A stretch of DNA of 64,000 nt from Verrucomicrobiota bacterium (GTDB lineage: Bacteria; Verrucomicrobiota; Verrucomicrobiia; Opitutales; Coraliomargaritaceae): the NCBI GenBank assembly GCA_039815375.1, contig JBCBZJ010000007.1, positions 1 through 64,000 of the forward strand. The letters run 5' to 3'. How positions within the stretch are numbered: the first letter of the stretch is position 1; every line of letters begins with the position of its first letter. The position numbers and the translations under genes are program-made. The notes under the pieces are model-generated. The model did no database searches and was not told the origin of the DNA. It worked only from the letters and a program-made list of their open reading frames with translations. Shown piece after piece: positions 30,256 through 42,886 of this stretch.

Positions 30256-31068
30256 TTAGCCAAGACCCTTTTCACGGCAAACATTGCAGATTGCTACGAC
30301 CTTTCCATCGACCGTTTTATATCGGAAATCGCGGTCTGGATGGGACTTTTCTGTCGCGCCACAGACATAGCAAACGTGTAAGGCCTCTTCAGCTCGCTCC
30401 TGCCTTTGCACTTCAAATTGTTTTCGGCGCTTCTTCGCTTGCATGGATTGAGCGAGCGCATCCTTGAAGAAAAGGAAGTAGTTTAACAGCGGCGCAAGTA
30501 TGGCCACGCGATCACCCATACTAGGGGCACTGATGAAGGATAGGGCAGTCATGGCGGCGACAAACCATGCGAGCCATTTTACCTTCATGGGGATGACGAA
30601 GAAAATCAGGAACTCAATGTTTGGGTTGAGTGTGGCAAAGGCGAAAAAGACACTCAAATACAGAAAATAGGGCGATATGACGATAAGCGTGCCCGGCGAG
30701 ATAAACTGCCCCAAAAATGCGCCAAAGATGCTTAGCAGTATACCGACAAGAAGAAAGACGTTGAAGCGAAAGACACCCCATGCCGACTCGAGAGCGGAAC
30801 TCATCATCCAGAAAATATACCAGAAAAAGGCTAGAAAAAGGCCTTGAATCAATGTGACTGGCACATGCGGTGGGGCTATCAGGAACGAAGCCAGACGCCA
30901 CCACTCACCGGCCAAGATCGCTTTAGGGACGAGCAAAAGGGAAGTGAACTCAACACGCCCTATCAGGATCATTGCATAGATAAACAACTGCGCGACAATG
31001 AGAACGAGGACAACATTAGGCACAGCTAAATGACCAAAGCGTTTTTCCAGCGAATCGAGGAACTTCAT
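30256..31068 (-). CDS. Conserved membrane protein (rhomboid-like topology) with C-terminal Cys-rich tail
   Basis: GEWWRLASF, LESAWGVFRFN, FFVIPMKVKWL; tail HVCYVCG...ICNVC. Confidence 0.7.
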   Translation of the reverse strand: MKFLDSLEKRFGHLAVPNVVLVLIVAQLFIYAMILIGRVEFTSLLLVPKAILAGEWWRLASFLIAPPHVPVTLIQGLFLAFFWYIFWMMSSALESAWGVFRFNVFLLVGILLSIFGAFLGQFISPGTLIVISPYFLYLSVFFAFATLNPNIEFLIFFVIPMKVKWLAWFVAAMTALSFISAPSMGDRVAILAPLLNYFLFFKDALAQSMQAKKRRKQFEVQRQERAEEALHVCYVCGATEKSHPDRDFRYKTVDGKVVAICNVCREKGLG

Positions 31069-31086
31069 TCGTAAGAGTGTTTGCGC

Positions 31087-32328
31087 CTATTCGCCCGGAT
31101 GCAACTCGATCATCGGGAGCTCCCAGATTTTTTCCTCATTGCCCTCGATGGAAAACGCAGTGGTCCAGTATCGGGTTAGGCTGCCTATTGTCCATAAGGA
31201 AGGATCATTCCATCCGTTGGTGGAAATTTCGTGAACCATGAAGCGTGCGCCACCCTCAGCTGGCCGAGTCACGAAAAGAAATTTCCCGGTCACACCGTCA
31301 GGACTGTATGGAATCAAGACTGCAGGATTCCGTTTGAAGGAACGCTCAAGTATTTTCCGACCCTCGTAGCGTGCTGTATCGCGCGCAAAGTCTTCGTCAT
31401 TTCTTGCATCTGCACGACTACACCAAAGCCATCCAGCCTTTTGTCCTGCTGCCTCGATACGCCCATATAAAGCGAGGAAGTCACCTTCATGTTTTGGCAC
31501 CACAGACATGATTTCCTCAATGAACTGATCGCTTGCGAGAGGCCCAGCTTCCTGCGGTGCAATTATTGCGATGCCGTATCCATCATAAGAGAGGTCAAGG
31601 TAGCTTTTCTTGAACTTATTGCCCCAGGGGTTGTGAAGTGAGAATTCTTCACGTCCATCATCATAACCTACAATCACACATCCGTGCCCTGAATCACCAA
31701 AAACACCAGGCCTGAAAGAGATGTAGACCGGACCTTTCTCAACCAGAGCACGCTTGATCGCCTGCGAAGGGCCAGAATTGAATTCCTCCTGTTTCCAATG
31801 GATCAATTGCCCATCAAAACCGAGCTTCTTCATCGCAAACAACATATCACGCGGATAGGTACCTTCATTGCTCTCTGACATTCCCGACGACATTCTCGCA
31901 ATTTCATACTGGTCGGTTTTTAGGCCGTGAAAACTTGCGATCATGGCTGCAGATGCCGGGACGCAGTAGTTCAACTCCTGTTTCACCATCGGAACGTTCC
32001 TGACGGTAAATCGCTTCGGTAACTCGGCAATCTTCTTCGCGGTTTCCAGGTCAGCTATTTCAGAGTTGTTGGCTTGAGGCTGCCAGGCTTCGAGTTGCTC
32101 ATTATCCGTTGTTGAGAGTTGATCGAACTGGATCGTGAATCGCATTCCGTCGGTGCGTTGCAAGCGCACGGTTCGATCCGAATGATCAATACTCAATACT
32201 TTTGCCTCAATTCTGCGACCATCGACACTTTCCCAAATTCTTGTGTCTGATGGATTTTGCGCCAGGGATGTGGCGAGTAGCTGTAGGGAAACTCCACAAC
32301 AGCAGAAAAATCTCTGCGAAAGGGGCAT
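31087..32328 (-). CDS. SHD1-domain, C39-like cysteine peptidase
   Basis: RIWESVDGRRIEAK (SHD1-like); QELNYCVPASAAM (catalytic Cys), GHGCVIVGYD (His), HNPWG. Start uncertain. Confidence 0.7.
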   Translation of the reverse strand: MPLSQRFFCCCGVSLQLLATSLAQNPSDTRIWESVDGRRIEAKVLSIDHSDRTVRLQRTDGMRFTIQFDQLSTTDNEQLEAWQPQANNSEIADLETAKKIAELPKRFTVRNVPMVKQELNYCVPASAAMIASFHGLKTDQYEIARMSSGMSESNEGTYPRDMLFAMKKLGFDGQLIHWKQEEFNSGPSQAIKRALVEKGPVYISFRPGVFGDSGHGCVIVGYDDGREEFSLHNPWGNKFKKSYLDLSYDGYGIAIIAPQEAGPLASDQFIEEIMSVVPKHEGDFLALYGRIEAAGQKAGWLWCSRADARNDEDFARDTARYEGRKILERSFKRNPAVLIPYSPDGVTGKFLFVTRPAEGGARFMVHEISTNGWNDPSLWTIGSLTRYWTTAFSIEGNEEKIWELPMIELHPGE

Positions 32329-32350
32329 TCGGGGTAGTTTAGAGCGACGA

Positions 32351-33241
32351 CTAGCGGGTAAGTAGTGCAACTTCCTTGCTGGAATTCATCACCCGCGCCA
32401 ACGTGTATTCGAAAACTCTCGTATCACCGCTGGTTGCGACCCACTCAAGATGTCGCCGAGCTGCATCAGGAGTGCCATCAGCGCGAAGCTTTAAGCCGAT
32501 GTAGGTGTGGGCTTCGGTTTCCTCAGCACTGTTAGTCACCCAACTGATCAGCTCTGAAACATCAATCTTTCCCGCCGCGTAGGCGAAAACCGGTGATGGC
32601 CATTTGCCATTTTGCTCGAGGTTCTTTAGCGCATAAGAAAGTGTTCGATTTGCACCCGAGACATCTCCTTGTTCCAGGCTTGAAAAATAGGCAATTAACA
32701 ATGGATAGCTCGATTTTTCACCATTCTGATGATACATCAATGTGGCCTGTCTGGCGGTTGCAATTGCTTCGGAAAACTCGCCACGGCACATGTGCGTCCA
32801 AGCGAGTGATTCGTAGAAGAACCCGTTGATCGGTTGATCTGCGGTGGCCTGCTCAAAAGAACTTAGCGCTTCATCAAAATCTTCCATATTGAAAGCGGCG
32901 AGACCACGGCCATTCCATGCGAAGGCATGCTGAGGATAATTTTGAACGATGATATCGTAAGAGGAAAATGCATCAGCATGCCGTTGTTGATCTGCAAAAA
33001 TCATAGCCTGCCCAAGCCTTGCGGGTAGATCTTGACCATTTGCCTCTAGGGCTTGATTGAATGCTTCTAGGGCCAGATCGGGTTTTCCTGCCTCTAGGTG
33101 GGCGTAAGCGTCGGAAACACTGGTGCTGGGCTCAATCGTGTTTTCGATTTCCTGAGATTTAAGTAGCGGGAGAACAAAAATAAAGAGAGCGAGCGGAAGA
33201 CTTGCTGTTCGTATATGGCTCTTGGCGCGTCTAAAAAACAT
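32351..33241 (-). CDS. TPR protein, NlpI-like
   Basis: Several TPRs (AWNGRGLAAF, FYESLAWTH); C-terminal WPSPV...EAHTYIG...FEY resembles NlpI. Confidence 0.75.
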   Translation of the reverse strand: MFFRRAKSHIRTASLPLALFIFVLPLLKSQEIENTIEPSTSVSDAYAHLEAGKPDLALEAFNQALEANGQDLPARLGQAMIFADQQRHADAFSSYDIIVQNYPQHAFAWNGRGLAAFNMEDFDEALSSFEQATADQPINGFFYESLAWTHMCRGEFSEAIATARQATLMYHQNGEKSSYPLLIAYFSSLEQGDVSGANRTLSYALKNLEQNGKWPSPVFAYAAGKIDVSELISWVTNSAEETEAHTYIGLKLRADGTPDAARRHLEWVATSGDTRVFEYTLARVMNSSKEVALLTR

Positions 33242-33248
33242 CTTAATA

Positions 33249-34430
33249 TTAATAATCAGCTTTGGCTAAATCCGAAGAGATGTCAAATGATGGCAAGTTT
33301 TGTTCCAGCTTGCTTGCTTTGTCTAAAAGAGTCGAAAAATGATCGATTGTTTGGTCCCAAGGATACTTTTCGGCACTAGCACGCGCTGCGCGTCGGACTG
33401 TTTTTAAGTTCAAATGTGTGCTGACAACCTCGCTCACGAGCTGACGGAAGGCCTCCTCGTCCCCCAAAGGTGATAAATAGCCGTTTTCGCCGTGAACAAT
33501 GAATTGATGCCCCGCCGCATAATCACATGTCACTACAGCAAGTCCACTGGCGAGGGCCTCAATAACAACGTTTCCGAACGTTTCGCTTTCACTGCCGAAA
33601 ACAAAGATGTCCGCAGAAGCGTAGTGTGCGGCCAGATCTTCATCAAATCGCATGCCTGCGAATTGCGCCTCGGGCCATTTGCGCTCCAGTTTCTTTAGGA
33701 CCGGGCCGTCACCAACCACAATCATCTTGAGCTCAGGGCAAGTCTCACGGGCCTGTTGCCAAGATTCCAGCGCCAAGGGAATCTTCTTTTCTGCTGCCGC
33801 CCGACCCACATAGATGGCAACCGGTGTGTTTTCATCGGCACCCCAGCTTGCTCGCAGTTTCTGGCTACGTTTTTTAGGGTCAAAGAGTCGAGTATCTGCG
33901 CCACGGCCAAGGTATGCAAGGCGCTCGACTCCGCTCTTTTCCAAACGATCAATCAAGTTATGGTCCGGAACTGTGGTCAGCGCGCATTTATTATGGAACC
34001 ATTTCAGGTAGCGCATCATTACCCGTCCTGCCCAGGCTGCACCATAATCGGCGCAGTAGTCCTGAAAATTGGTGTGAAAGGTCGAAGTGGCGGGCAGGCC
34101 AAGTTTGCCTGCTGCTCGAAGCGCAGAGAATCCAAGTGGTCCTTCGGTTGCAATGTGGATAATGTCTGGCTGGTAGTCTTCGAAAGCATGTTCGAGGAGT
34201 CCTGGAGCTGGAATACCAATCTTGAGACCCGGATAATTCGGGATTGGAAGACCAAAGACCTCAAGCAGGGAAAGGCTCTCTGATTCAATATCCGGTGCGT
34301 CGGATCGACGCGGTTTAACTAGAAGAACTTTATGGCCGAGCTCGATTAGGCCGCGAACAAGGCGCTGATTTGTCATCGCGACTCCGTTGACTTCCGGAGG
34401 GTAGGTCTCGGTAACGAGGGCAATATTCAT
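33249..34430 (-). CDS. GT4 glycosyltransferase
   Basis: VTETYPPEVNGVA, HIATEGPLG, FHTNF, SETFGNVVIEALASG (EX7E). Confidence 0.9.
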   Translation of the reverse strand: MNIALVTETYPPEVNGVAMTNQRLVRGLIELGHKVLLVKPRRSDAPDIESESLSLLEVFGLPIPNYPGLKIGIPAPGLLEHAFEDYQPDIIHIATEGPLGFSALRAAGKLGLPATSTFHTNFQDYCADYGAAWAGRVMMRYLKWFHNKCALTTVPDHNLIDRLEKSGVERLAYLGRGADTRLFDPKKRSQKLRASWGADENTPVAIYVGRAAAEKKIPLALESWQQARETCPELKMIVVGDGPVLKKLERKWPEAQFAGMRFDEDLAAHYASADIFVFGSESETFGNVVIEALASGLAVVTCDYAAGHQFIVHGENGYLSPLGDEEAFRQLVSEVVSTHLNLKTVRRAARASAEKYPWDQTIDHFSTLLDKASKLEQNLPSFDISSDLAKADY

Positions 34431-34540
34431 CGATAGATCCTTTAAATTGGTGTGATTGCTACAGGTGGCAAGAAAAGATCTGATCGGCCCGGGTAAGATT
34501 ACATATTGAAAGGATGGATCAGTCCTGCATCGTGTTGCTG

Positions 34541-35173
34541 ATGGTTATTGAATCTCAGGAGTTGCCGCCAATAGGAACGAATGCCTTTGCATTGATCGAT
34601 CAAAAACGTAGCGAGTGCGTGATTATTGATGCGCCGTCTGAGGCCTACGATTGGGCCAAGGGTGTAGCTGACCGGTATGCCTGCAGGATCGTTGCACTGG
34701 TTTTGACTCACGGACACTGGGATCATATTCTCGATGGGTGGAAGTTTGTTGAGGCGGGCATCCCAACTTATGGCCATGCCAGTGATACGAAAATGTTTTC
34801 GGAACCCTCAAGGATGTCGAGCTATGCTATGCCGGGTATTACTTTTAACGCTGTCAGAATCGACAACTGGATCTCCGGCGGTAGAACGCTGGAACTGCTT
34901 GGAACGGAAATGGAAATCCGTCACGTGCCTGGACATTGCCCGGGCAATATTCTCGTTTATTTGAAATCCGCTGCGGCTGTTTTTGTTGGCGACGCCATCT
35001 TTGCGGGAAGTATAGGTCGCTACGATCTTCCTGGAGGTGACTTTAGTGTATTGGAAAAATCGATACGTGAGCAAATTTACAGCTTGCCTGACAAGACAAC
35101 GATCTACCCCGGACATGGCCCAGCAACGAGTGTCAGTGCCGAAAAACAAAGTAACCCTTATGTGCGCCCATGA
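34541..35173 (+). CDS. MBL-fold metallo-hydrolase (glyoxalase II-like)
   Basis: THGHWDH, PGHCPG, GDAIFAGSIGRYD, PGHG. Start moved to ATG 34541. Confidence 0.9.
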   Translation: MVIESQELPPIGTNAFALIDQKRSECVIIDAPSEAYDWAKGVADRYACRIVALVLTHGHWDHILDGWKFVEAGIPTYGHASDTKMFSEPSRMSSYAMPGITFNAVRIDNWISGGRTLELLGTEMEIRHVPGHCPGNILVYLKSAAAVFVGDAIFAGSIGRYDLPGGDFSVLEKSIREQIYSLPDKTTIYPGHGPATSVSAEKQSNPYVRP

Positions 35174-36291
35174 GTTTGGCAGTTCAGGATGATGAGCGGT
35201 TCATGGCTCACGCCATTGAATTGGCTCGTCAGGCATGGGGACGGACGCATCCAAATCCGATGGTTGGTGCCGTCGTTGCAGACGCTGGCAAGATCATCGC
35301 GGAAGGTTGGCATAAAGCAGCCGGCCAGCCGCATGCAGAAGTGGAGGCTCTTGCTTCCCTTGCCGAACAGCCTTCGGAGAATGCATCGCTTTATGTGACT
35401 CTAGAGCCTTGTAGCACCTGCGGGCGAACGGGTGCCTGCACTAAAGCGATAATCAAATCCGGGATTCGACGTGTCGTAATCGGTGCGGTCGATCCGAATC
35501 CTGAACATGCGGGAGCGGGTTTGGATATCCTGCGCAATGCGGGCATCGAAGTTGTTTCAGGGGTGCTGGAAAATAAATGTGCCGACCTTAATCTCATCTT
35601 CAATCACTGGATTGTCGATAAGACGCCCTTCATTGCTTCAAAGATGGCGATGACTTTAGATGGAAAGTTCGCGGCATCTTCAGGCCATTCACAATGGGTA
35701 ACTGCTGAAGCAGCGCGTGAAGATGTGATGCATTGGCGACGGTATTTTCCTGCGATTGCAGTTGGGGCGAACACCATCATCAAGGACGACCCGAGCCTAA
35801 CGAGCCGGATCAAAGAATCTGTTTTCTGTCCCACACGATTCGTATTTGACCGCCACCTCAAGACTGCGGATTGCGCACGCTTGCCAAGACTCTATTCGGA
35901 TCAATACAAGAATCATACGGTTGTGTTGTGTCTTAAAAGTGCCGACCGCACGCGTAAGAAGGCTATACTCGAATTAGGGCTGGCGCTCTGGGAACTGAAT
36001 GAGGAGGACGGCCACCTGGATTGGTCGCAACTCCGGCAGCTCTGTGCTCAGGAAGGTATCATCGGTATCTACGTAGAATCAGGGCCAACGCTTGCTACTG
36101 AATTAATCGAAAATCGAAAGGTGGATTATTTATTTATCTACAAGGCACCGAAGTTCATGGCTGATTCTGTTGCACCGGGCATCGGCTCAAAGCGAGGCTC
36201 AGCTAAAATGAGCGATGCATTCGAGTTATTGGGTGTCCATCACGAGATTTTCGGTGATGATGTTCTGATCAGGGGGCGGCTTGCGAAGTGA
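35170..36291 (+). CDS. ribD: Bifunctional riboflavin deaminase/reductase
   Basis: [17 protein letters not shown]...[21 protein letters not shown]. Confidence 0.95.
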   Translation: MSLAVQDDERFMAHAIELARQAWGRTHPNPMVGAVVADAGKIIAEGWHKAAGQPHAEVEALASLAEQPSENASLYVTLEPCSTCGRTGACTKAIIKSGIRRVVIGAVDPNPEHAGAGLDILRNAGIEVVSGVLENKCADLNLIFNHWIVDKTPFIASKMAMTLDGKFAASSGHSQWVTAEAAREDVMHWRRYFPAIAVGANTIIKDDPSLTSRIKESVFCPTRFVFDRHLKTADCARLPRLYSDQYKNHTVVLCLKSADRTRKKAILELGLALWELNEEDGHLDWSQLRQLCAQEGIIGIYVESGPTLATELIENRKVDYLFIYKAPKFMADSVAPGIGSKRGSAKMSDAFELLGVHHEIFGDDVLIRGRLAK

Positions 36292-36875
36292 AGACTCTGA
36301 TCATCGCAACAGGCAACACACATAAAACCGGGGAGTTCGCTCAGCTCCTGGCGAGCTTAAATTATTCTGTGCAATCAGCAGCAGTCTGCGGCGGCATGCC
36401 TTATGTCGAGGAGAACGGTTCGAGCTTCGCTGCTAACGCCGAGCTTAAAGCGAAAGCACTTCGCGCTGCTGCGCCAGCAGAAGCATGGATTCTAGCTGAC
36501 GATTCCGGTTTGGAAGTGGATGCACTCAACGGTGCCCCGGGAATCTACTCTGCTCGCTATGCAGGAGAGAAAGCCAGCGATAAGGACAATTTAGAAAAGC
36601 TACTCGCTGCGCTATCCGGAGTTCTTGAAGCGAAACGAACGGCACGTTTCCGCTGCGCGCTTTGCGTGATTGGGCCGGACGGCAGAAGCCACTTCTATGA
36701 GGGATCCTGCAAAGGTTACATCAGCCTTAGTCCAACCGGTTGTACAGGTTTTGGCTATGACCCTGTTTTTATACCAGAAGGCTACAGTCAGAGTTTCGCG
36801 GAGCTCGGAGAATCTGTTAAGGATCGGCTCAGCCACCGCGCAAAAGCAGTCGCCGCATTTATGGCAGAAGCCTGA
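36288..36875 (+). CDS. rdgB: Non-canonical purine NTP pyrophosphatase
   Basis: [44 protein letters not shown] overlap with ribD. Confidence 0.95.
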   Translation: MKTLIIATGNTHKTGEFAQLLASLNYSVQSAAVCGGMPYVEENGSSFAANAELKAKALRAAAPAEAWILADDSGLEVDALNGAPGIYSARYAGEKASDKDNLEKLLAALSGVLEAKRTARFRCALCVIGPDGRSHFYEGSCKGYISLSPTGCTGFGYDPVFIPEGYSQSFAELGESVKDRLSHRAKAVAAFMAEA

Positions 36876-37560
36876 TCGGACTAAGCTCCAGCTTTTTGAC
36901 TGCGGCTTCAAAGACTGAATCATCGCAAGCTGTAACGTTTATGCGTTCCTCGCTCTTGCAATGGGTGAAGGTCAACTCGGTCGCGCGTAACATCAGCATT
37001 TGAGAACCGCACCATTTACGGAAGAATCGATTTTGCACACCATCGCCATGCCGAGTATCTCCAATGATAGGATGTCGTATGTGGGCGAGATGTCGACGGA
37101 GTTGATGTTTACGACCCGTTTTGGGACGCAATTCAAGATAAGAAAAGCGGGCAGTTGGATAGCGCCCAAGAGATTCATCCAGCTCACTCTGTTTCAGCAC
37201 TCTGTACTCAGTGAATGCCGATTGCACCTTTTCTGGCTCTTCCTCGGAACGCAGATCATAATTAATGCTTCCGGATTCCTCCGTCCAACCGCGTACTACA
37301 GCACGGTATGTTTTCGCACAAGCTTGCCGGGCAAATTCATTTTGAGTGAAACGCAACGCATCTTGGTTGAGGGCAAATAGTAGAACACCACTGGTCGGTC
37401 GGTCCAACCGATGACAGGGATACACCAGCTGACCGATCTGCTTTCGAAGAAGCTGAAGGACAAAGACCGTCTCAGAGGCATCCAGAGGACTTCGATGGAC
37501 GAGGAGGCCAGCGGGTTTGTCGATCACTACGTAATCCTGGTCTCTGTAGAGAATGTTCAT
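36859..37560 (-). CDS. truC: tRNA pseudouridine synthase C-like (RluA family)
   Basis: [44 protein letters not shown]. Start at 37560 or 37596. Confidence 0.85.
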   Translation of the reverse strand: MNILYRDQDYVVIDKPAGLLVHRSPLDASETVFVLQLLRKQIGQLVYPCHRLDRPTSGVLLFALNQDALRFTQNEFARQACAKTYRAVVRGWTEESGSINYDLRSEEEPEKVQSAFTEYRVLKQSELDESLGRYPTARFSYLELRPKTGRKHQLRRHLAHIRHPIIGDTRHGDGVQNRFFRKWCGSQMLMLRATELTFTHCKSEERINVTACDDSVFEAAVKKLELSPIRLLP

Positions 37561-37660
37561 CTGTATTTCGGCATCCATTGCCTTGAATTGTATCATTTCA
37601 ATTACGTTTAGTTTAAAGTTGCATTATCCGATCAGATGTAGTGACATTAAACTAGTATAA

Positions 37661-38572
37661 ATGAGCCCAGATTCCCAGCCCAGCGTTCTTGTTGTTGATG
37701 ATAGCGAGACCGACTTAGAAATCATCTCTATGGTTTGTAGTGGGCTCGGCTGCAATGTGGATTTGGCATCGGATGGCTTCGAAGCGCTCAGGCTCTACGA
37801 GGAACGGCGCCATGATCTGATTTTAACAGACTATTTCATGGAACCGATGAATGGGATCTACGTAATCTCACGCATCAAGGAGCTAAATCCCAATGCTGTT
37901 TGCCTGATTGTAACTGGTTTTCCAAACCACACCTTAAGAAGGTTTGTCGAGGAGGGTGGGGTCAAAGACCTCATCGTAAAGCCAATTCAAGCTACACTTT
38001 TGAAGGAGACGATTCGCTCGGCTTTGAAAGGTGTCGGGGAGGGCACGAAAAGGCTGAGCGGCATCGCCTTGAGCAATCGTATGGATAACTGCCCGGCCCT
38101 TGTGGGAGATTGCACCGAGATCAATGCGCTCCGCAAGCAAGTCGCCCCGCGCGTGGTTTGCGAAAAGCCGCTTTTATTGATCGGTCCTCACGGTTCAGGG
38201 AAATATCAGATTGCGGATTTCATTCACCAGAACGGACCGAATGCAGACCGACCGCCGATACATGTTTCCTGTGCAAATATGGGCGAGAAAAGCCTGCGTT
38301 ATGATCTCATCGCAGAAGGTGGCGAATGGCGATCGATTCTTCGCCAGGCCGAAGGCGGCACCTTGATTCTCGATCAAATACTTGCTCTACCTTTGTCCGT
38401 TCAGGCGGATCTGGCCAAGCATTTCGAGGCGATTACCACAAAGATGCATCTCATTGCATTGACAGATCAATCGGTCGACGACGCGCTCCAGCGCGGTGAA
38501 ATTGATGACGCCTTCTATTTTAAGCTGACAACTGATCTGATCGAGGTGCCCCTTGTAGGCGTGATCGCGTAG
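37661..38572 (+). CDS. Response regulator with degenerate sigma-54-activator AAA domain, no HTH
   Basis: REC (VVDDS, TDYFM, KP); Walker A GPHGSGK; AEGGTLILDQI; FYFKL; no GAFTGA loop; ends right after the AAA core. Confidence 0.8.
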   Translation: MSPDSQPSVLVVDDSETDLEIISMVCSGLGCNVDLASDGFEALRLYEERRHDLILTDYFMEPMNGIYVISRIKELNPNAVCLIVTGFPNHTLRRFVEEGGVKDLIVKPIQATLLKETIRSALKGVGEGTKRLSGIALSNRMDNCPALVGDCTEINALRKQVAPRVVCEKPLLLIGPHGSGKYQIADFIHQNGPNADRPPIHVSCANMGEKSLRYDLIAEGGEWRSILRQAEGGTLILDQILALPLSVQADLAKHFEAITTKMHLIALTDQSVDDALQRGEIDDAFYFKLTTDLIEVPLVGVIA

Positions 38573-38654
38573 AGGCTGCGAACATTTCAGAAATCCGGCT
38601 CGACAAAATCGAACGGCCTGAGACCCTTTCCGCTTCACTAAATCTAGCGGAACC

Positions 38655-39695
38655 ATGCAAGAAGAGTTAAATGCTATCGTAGCGGGCGTCCGGGACAAAG
38701 CTCCCGGCATTGTCACGCGCGCAGAATTTGAGGCCTACAAAGCCACCATTTCAGGGCCTAAGGGCTCTCTTACTGAAGTCATGAAGGGCATGGGCAAAGT
38801 GCCCAAGGAAGATAAGCCCACGATGGGTAAGCTCATCAACGAGGCTAAGACTGCCGTCACGGCTCAATTTGATAAGGTCATTGAACGCCTCGAAGCTGCA
38901 GAGCTCGCTGCGAAACTAGGCCCGGCTATCGACCCAAGTCTTCCGACCCCGGATTCAGCCCGGGGCACAATTCATCCGATCGCTCAGGTGCGTGATGAAG
39001 TCGTCGACCTGTTTCGCAGGATCGGTTTTTCCGTCGCCGAGGCCACTGAAGTGGAAACGGAGCATTACTGCTTCGATGCGTTAAACATCCCTTCCGATCA
39101 CCCGGCCCGCGACATGCAGGATTCTTATTATCTGCCAGAGGAACTCAGCGTCAGTAATGTCGCTAAACACGGTGAAGAGAAATACCTCCTCCGCACTCAT
39201 ACCTCGACTGTGCAAATCCGCACCATGCTGAAGGAAGAGCCACCAATTCGTATCGTCGCTCCCGGCCGTTGCTTCCGTCGTGATACACCTGACGCAACAC
39301 ATAGCGCGAATTTTCACCAAATTGAAGGCCTTTATGTCGATAAAGATGTCAGTCTACTCGACCTCAAGGCGACGCTGGACCACTTCGTCAAAACCATTTT
39401 CGGGCCAAAGGCCAAGACACGCCTCCGTCCGAGTTTTTTCCCCTTCACTGAGCCGAGCTTCGAGATGGACTTCTTCTCGCCGGACCTCGGCAAGCTGAGC
39501 AACAAATGGCTTGAGATCATGGGCTGCGGCATGGTCGATCCGGAGGTATTCAAGGCGGTCAACATCGATCCGGAAGTTTACACAGGCTACGCTTTCGGCA
39601 TGGGAATCGAGCGCATCGCGATGATCCTACAGGGGGTCGATGATATCCGCTATTATTATCAGAACGACGTCCGCTTCCTTAAACAATTTGCATGA
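38655..39695 (+). CDS. pheS: Phenylalanine--tRNA ligase alpha subunit
   Basis: HPARDMQD, LLRTHTS, FHQIEG, FPFTEPS, GFG-like AFGMGIER, DVRFLKQF. Confidence 0.98.
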   Translation: MQEELNAIVAGVRDKAPGIVTRAEFEAYKATISGPKGSLTEVMKGMGKVPKEDKPTMGKLINEAKTAVTAQFDKVIERLEAAELAAKLGPAIDPSLPTPDSARGTIHPIAQVRDEVVDLFRRIGFSVAEATEVETEHYCFDALNIPSDHPARDMQDSYYLPEELSVSNVAKHGEEKYLLRTHTSTVQIRTMLKEEPPIRIVAPGRCFRRDTPDATHSANFHQIEGLYVDKDVSLLDLKATLDHFVKTIFGPKAKTRLRPSFFPFTEPSFEMDFFSPDLGKLSNKWLEIMGCGMVDPEVFKAVNIDPEVYTGYAFGMGIERIAMILQGVDDIRYYYQNDVRFLKQFA

Positions 39696-39790
39696 CGTTT
39701 CTTTTAGTTAACGGCTATCTCATCAATTTTAATGTTCCCTTGTTGAAAGACGGCATTCGCCGAGTCGTGAACAATCACCCTGCATCTTAA
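39692..39790 (+). pseudogene. 3' remnant of a GxxExxY-family gene (32-codon ORF)
   Basis: ATG overlaps the pheS stop (ATGA). Reads MTFLLVNGYLINFNVPLLKDGIRRVVNNHPAS*; G.LINFNV.LLKDGI.R.VN is the C-terminal signature I recognise from GxxExxY proteins. Confidence 0.8.
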
Positions 39791-39804
39791 TTTTCTCCAT
39801 TCTC

Positions 39805-39833
39805 CTCTGTGTCCTCCGCAGAACTCTGCGGTT
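39805..39833. repeat. Right arm only of triple-6-mer element B (RCAGAG class), pheS-pheT gap
   Basis: CTCTGT gtc CTCCGC agaa CTCTGC ggtt, starting 15 nt after the remnant stop and ending 20 nt before the pheT ATG. Reverse-complement-like to the left arm of element C. Confidence 0.75.
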
Positions 39834-39850
39834 AGAACATTCTTTTTTCC

Positions 39851-42313
<2,463 letters not shown>

Positions 42314-42315
42314 TC

Positions 42316-42807
42316 ATGCCCTTCATCGACCGCATTCTCATCGTTTCCTTAATGATTTTCTCGTTTTCATCCTTGTCAGGTGACAGTTCCGAGATGACTG
42401 GAGCTTCATTGGAATCGATCATACGCGAAGTTGCGGTCGAAGATGTGAACGTAAATGGCAACATCATTGAGTTTGCCTTTCAAGGAGTGTCTTTAGTCTG
42501 TATTTATGATCAAACGCACAATCGCATGCGTATTATTTCGCCGATTGTGGACTATGCTGAGATAACCAACGAGCAGAAGGATCGCATGATGCAGTCTAAT
42601 TTCCACAGTGCACTGGATGCGCGTTATGCGAGTAGTGGAGGCGTGCTCTATTCAGCATACATCCATCCTCTCGCTTCGTTGAGTCGTGAAGATGTGCTTT
42701 CGGCGATTTATCAAGTGGCGAGTTTGAGCCTGAGCTTCGGTAAGGAATACAGCAGCGGAATACTCACTTTTGGTGAAGAAGCTCCAGATCCTGAGGAGCT
42801 GATTTAA
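42316..42807 (+). CDS. Exported hypothetical protein (possible YbjN-like fold)
   Basis: Signal peptide; NRMRIISPI...ANF-like SNFHSALDARYA...YSSG pattern; directly follows pheT. Confidence 0.6.
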   Translation: MPFIDRILIVSLMIFSFSSLSGDSSEMTGASLESIIREVAVEDVNVNGNIIEFAFQGVSLVCIYDQTHNRMRIISPIVDYAEITNEQKDRMMQSNFHSALDARYASSGGVLYSAYIHPLASLSREDVLSAIYQVASLSLSFGKEYSSGILTFGEEAPDPEELI

Positions 42808-42886
42808 ACGGCATGGATTCCCGACTACTTTGCATCTAGAAATGCAAAGCCTTGGAATATTTTGACCATGTGGAGGTCCCATTTAC

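Noticed and set aside
38573..38654. T-box or pheM-type attenuator upstream of pheS
   Set aside because: Gap is 82 nt with no Phe-rich leader peptide or T-box sequence.
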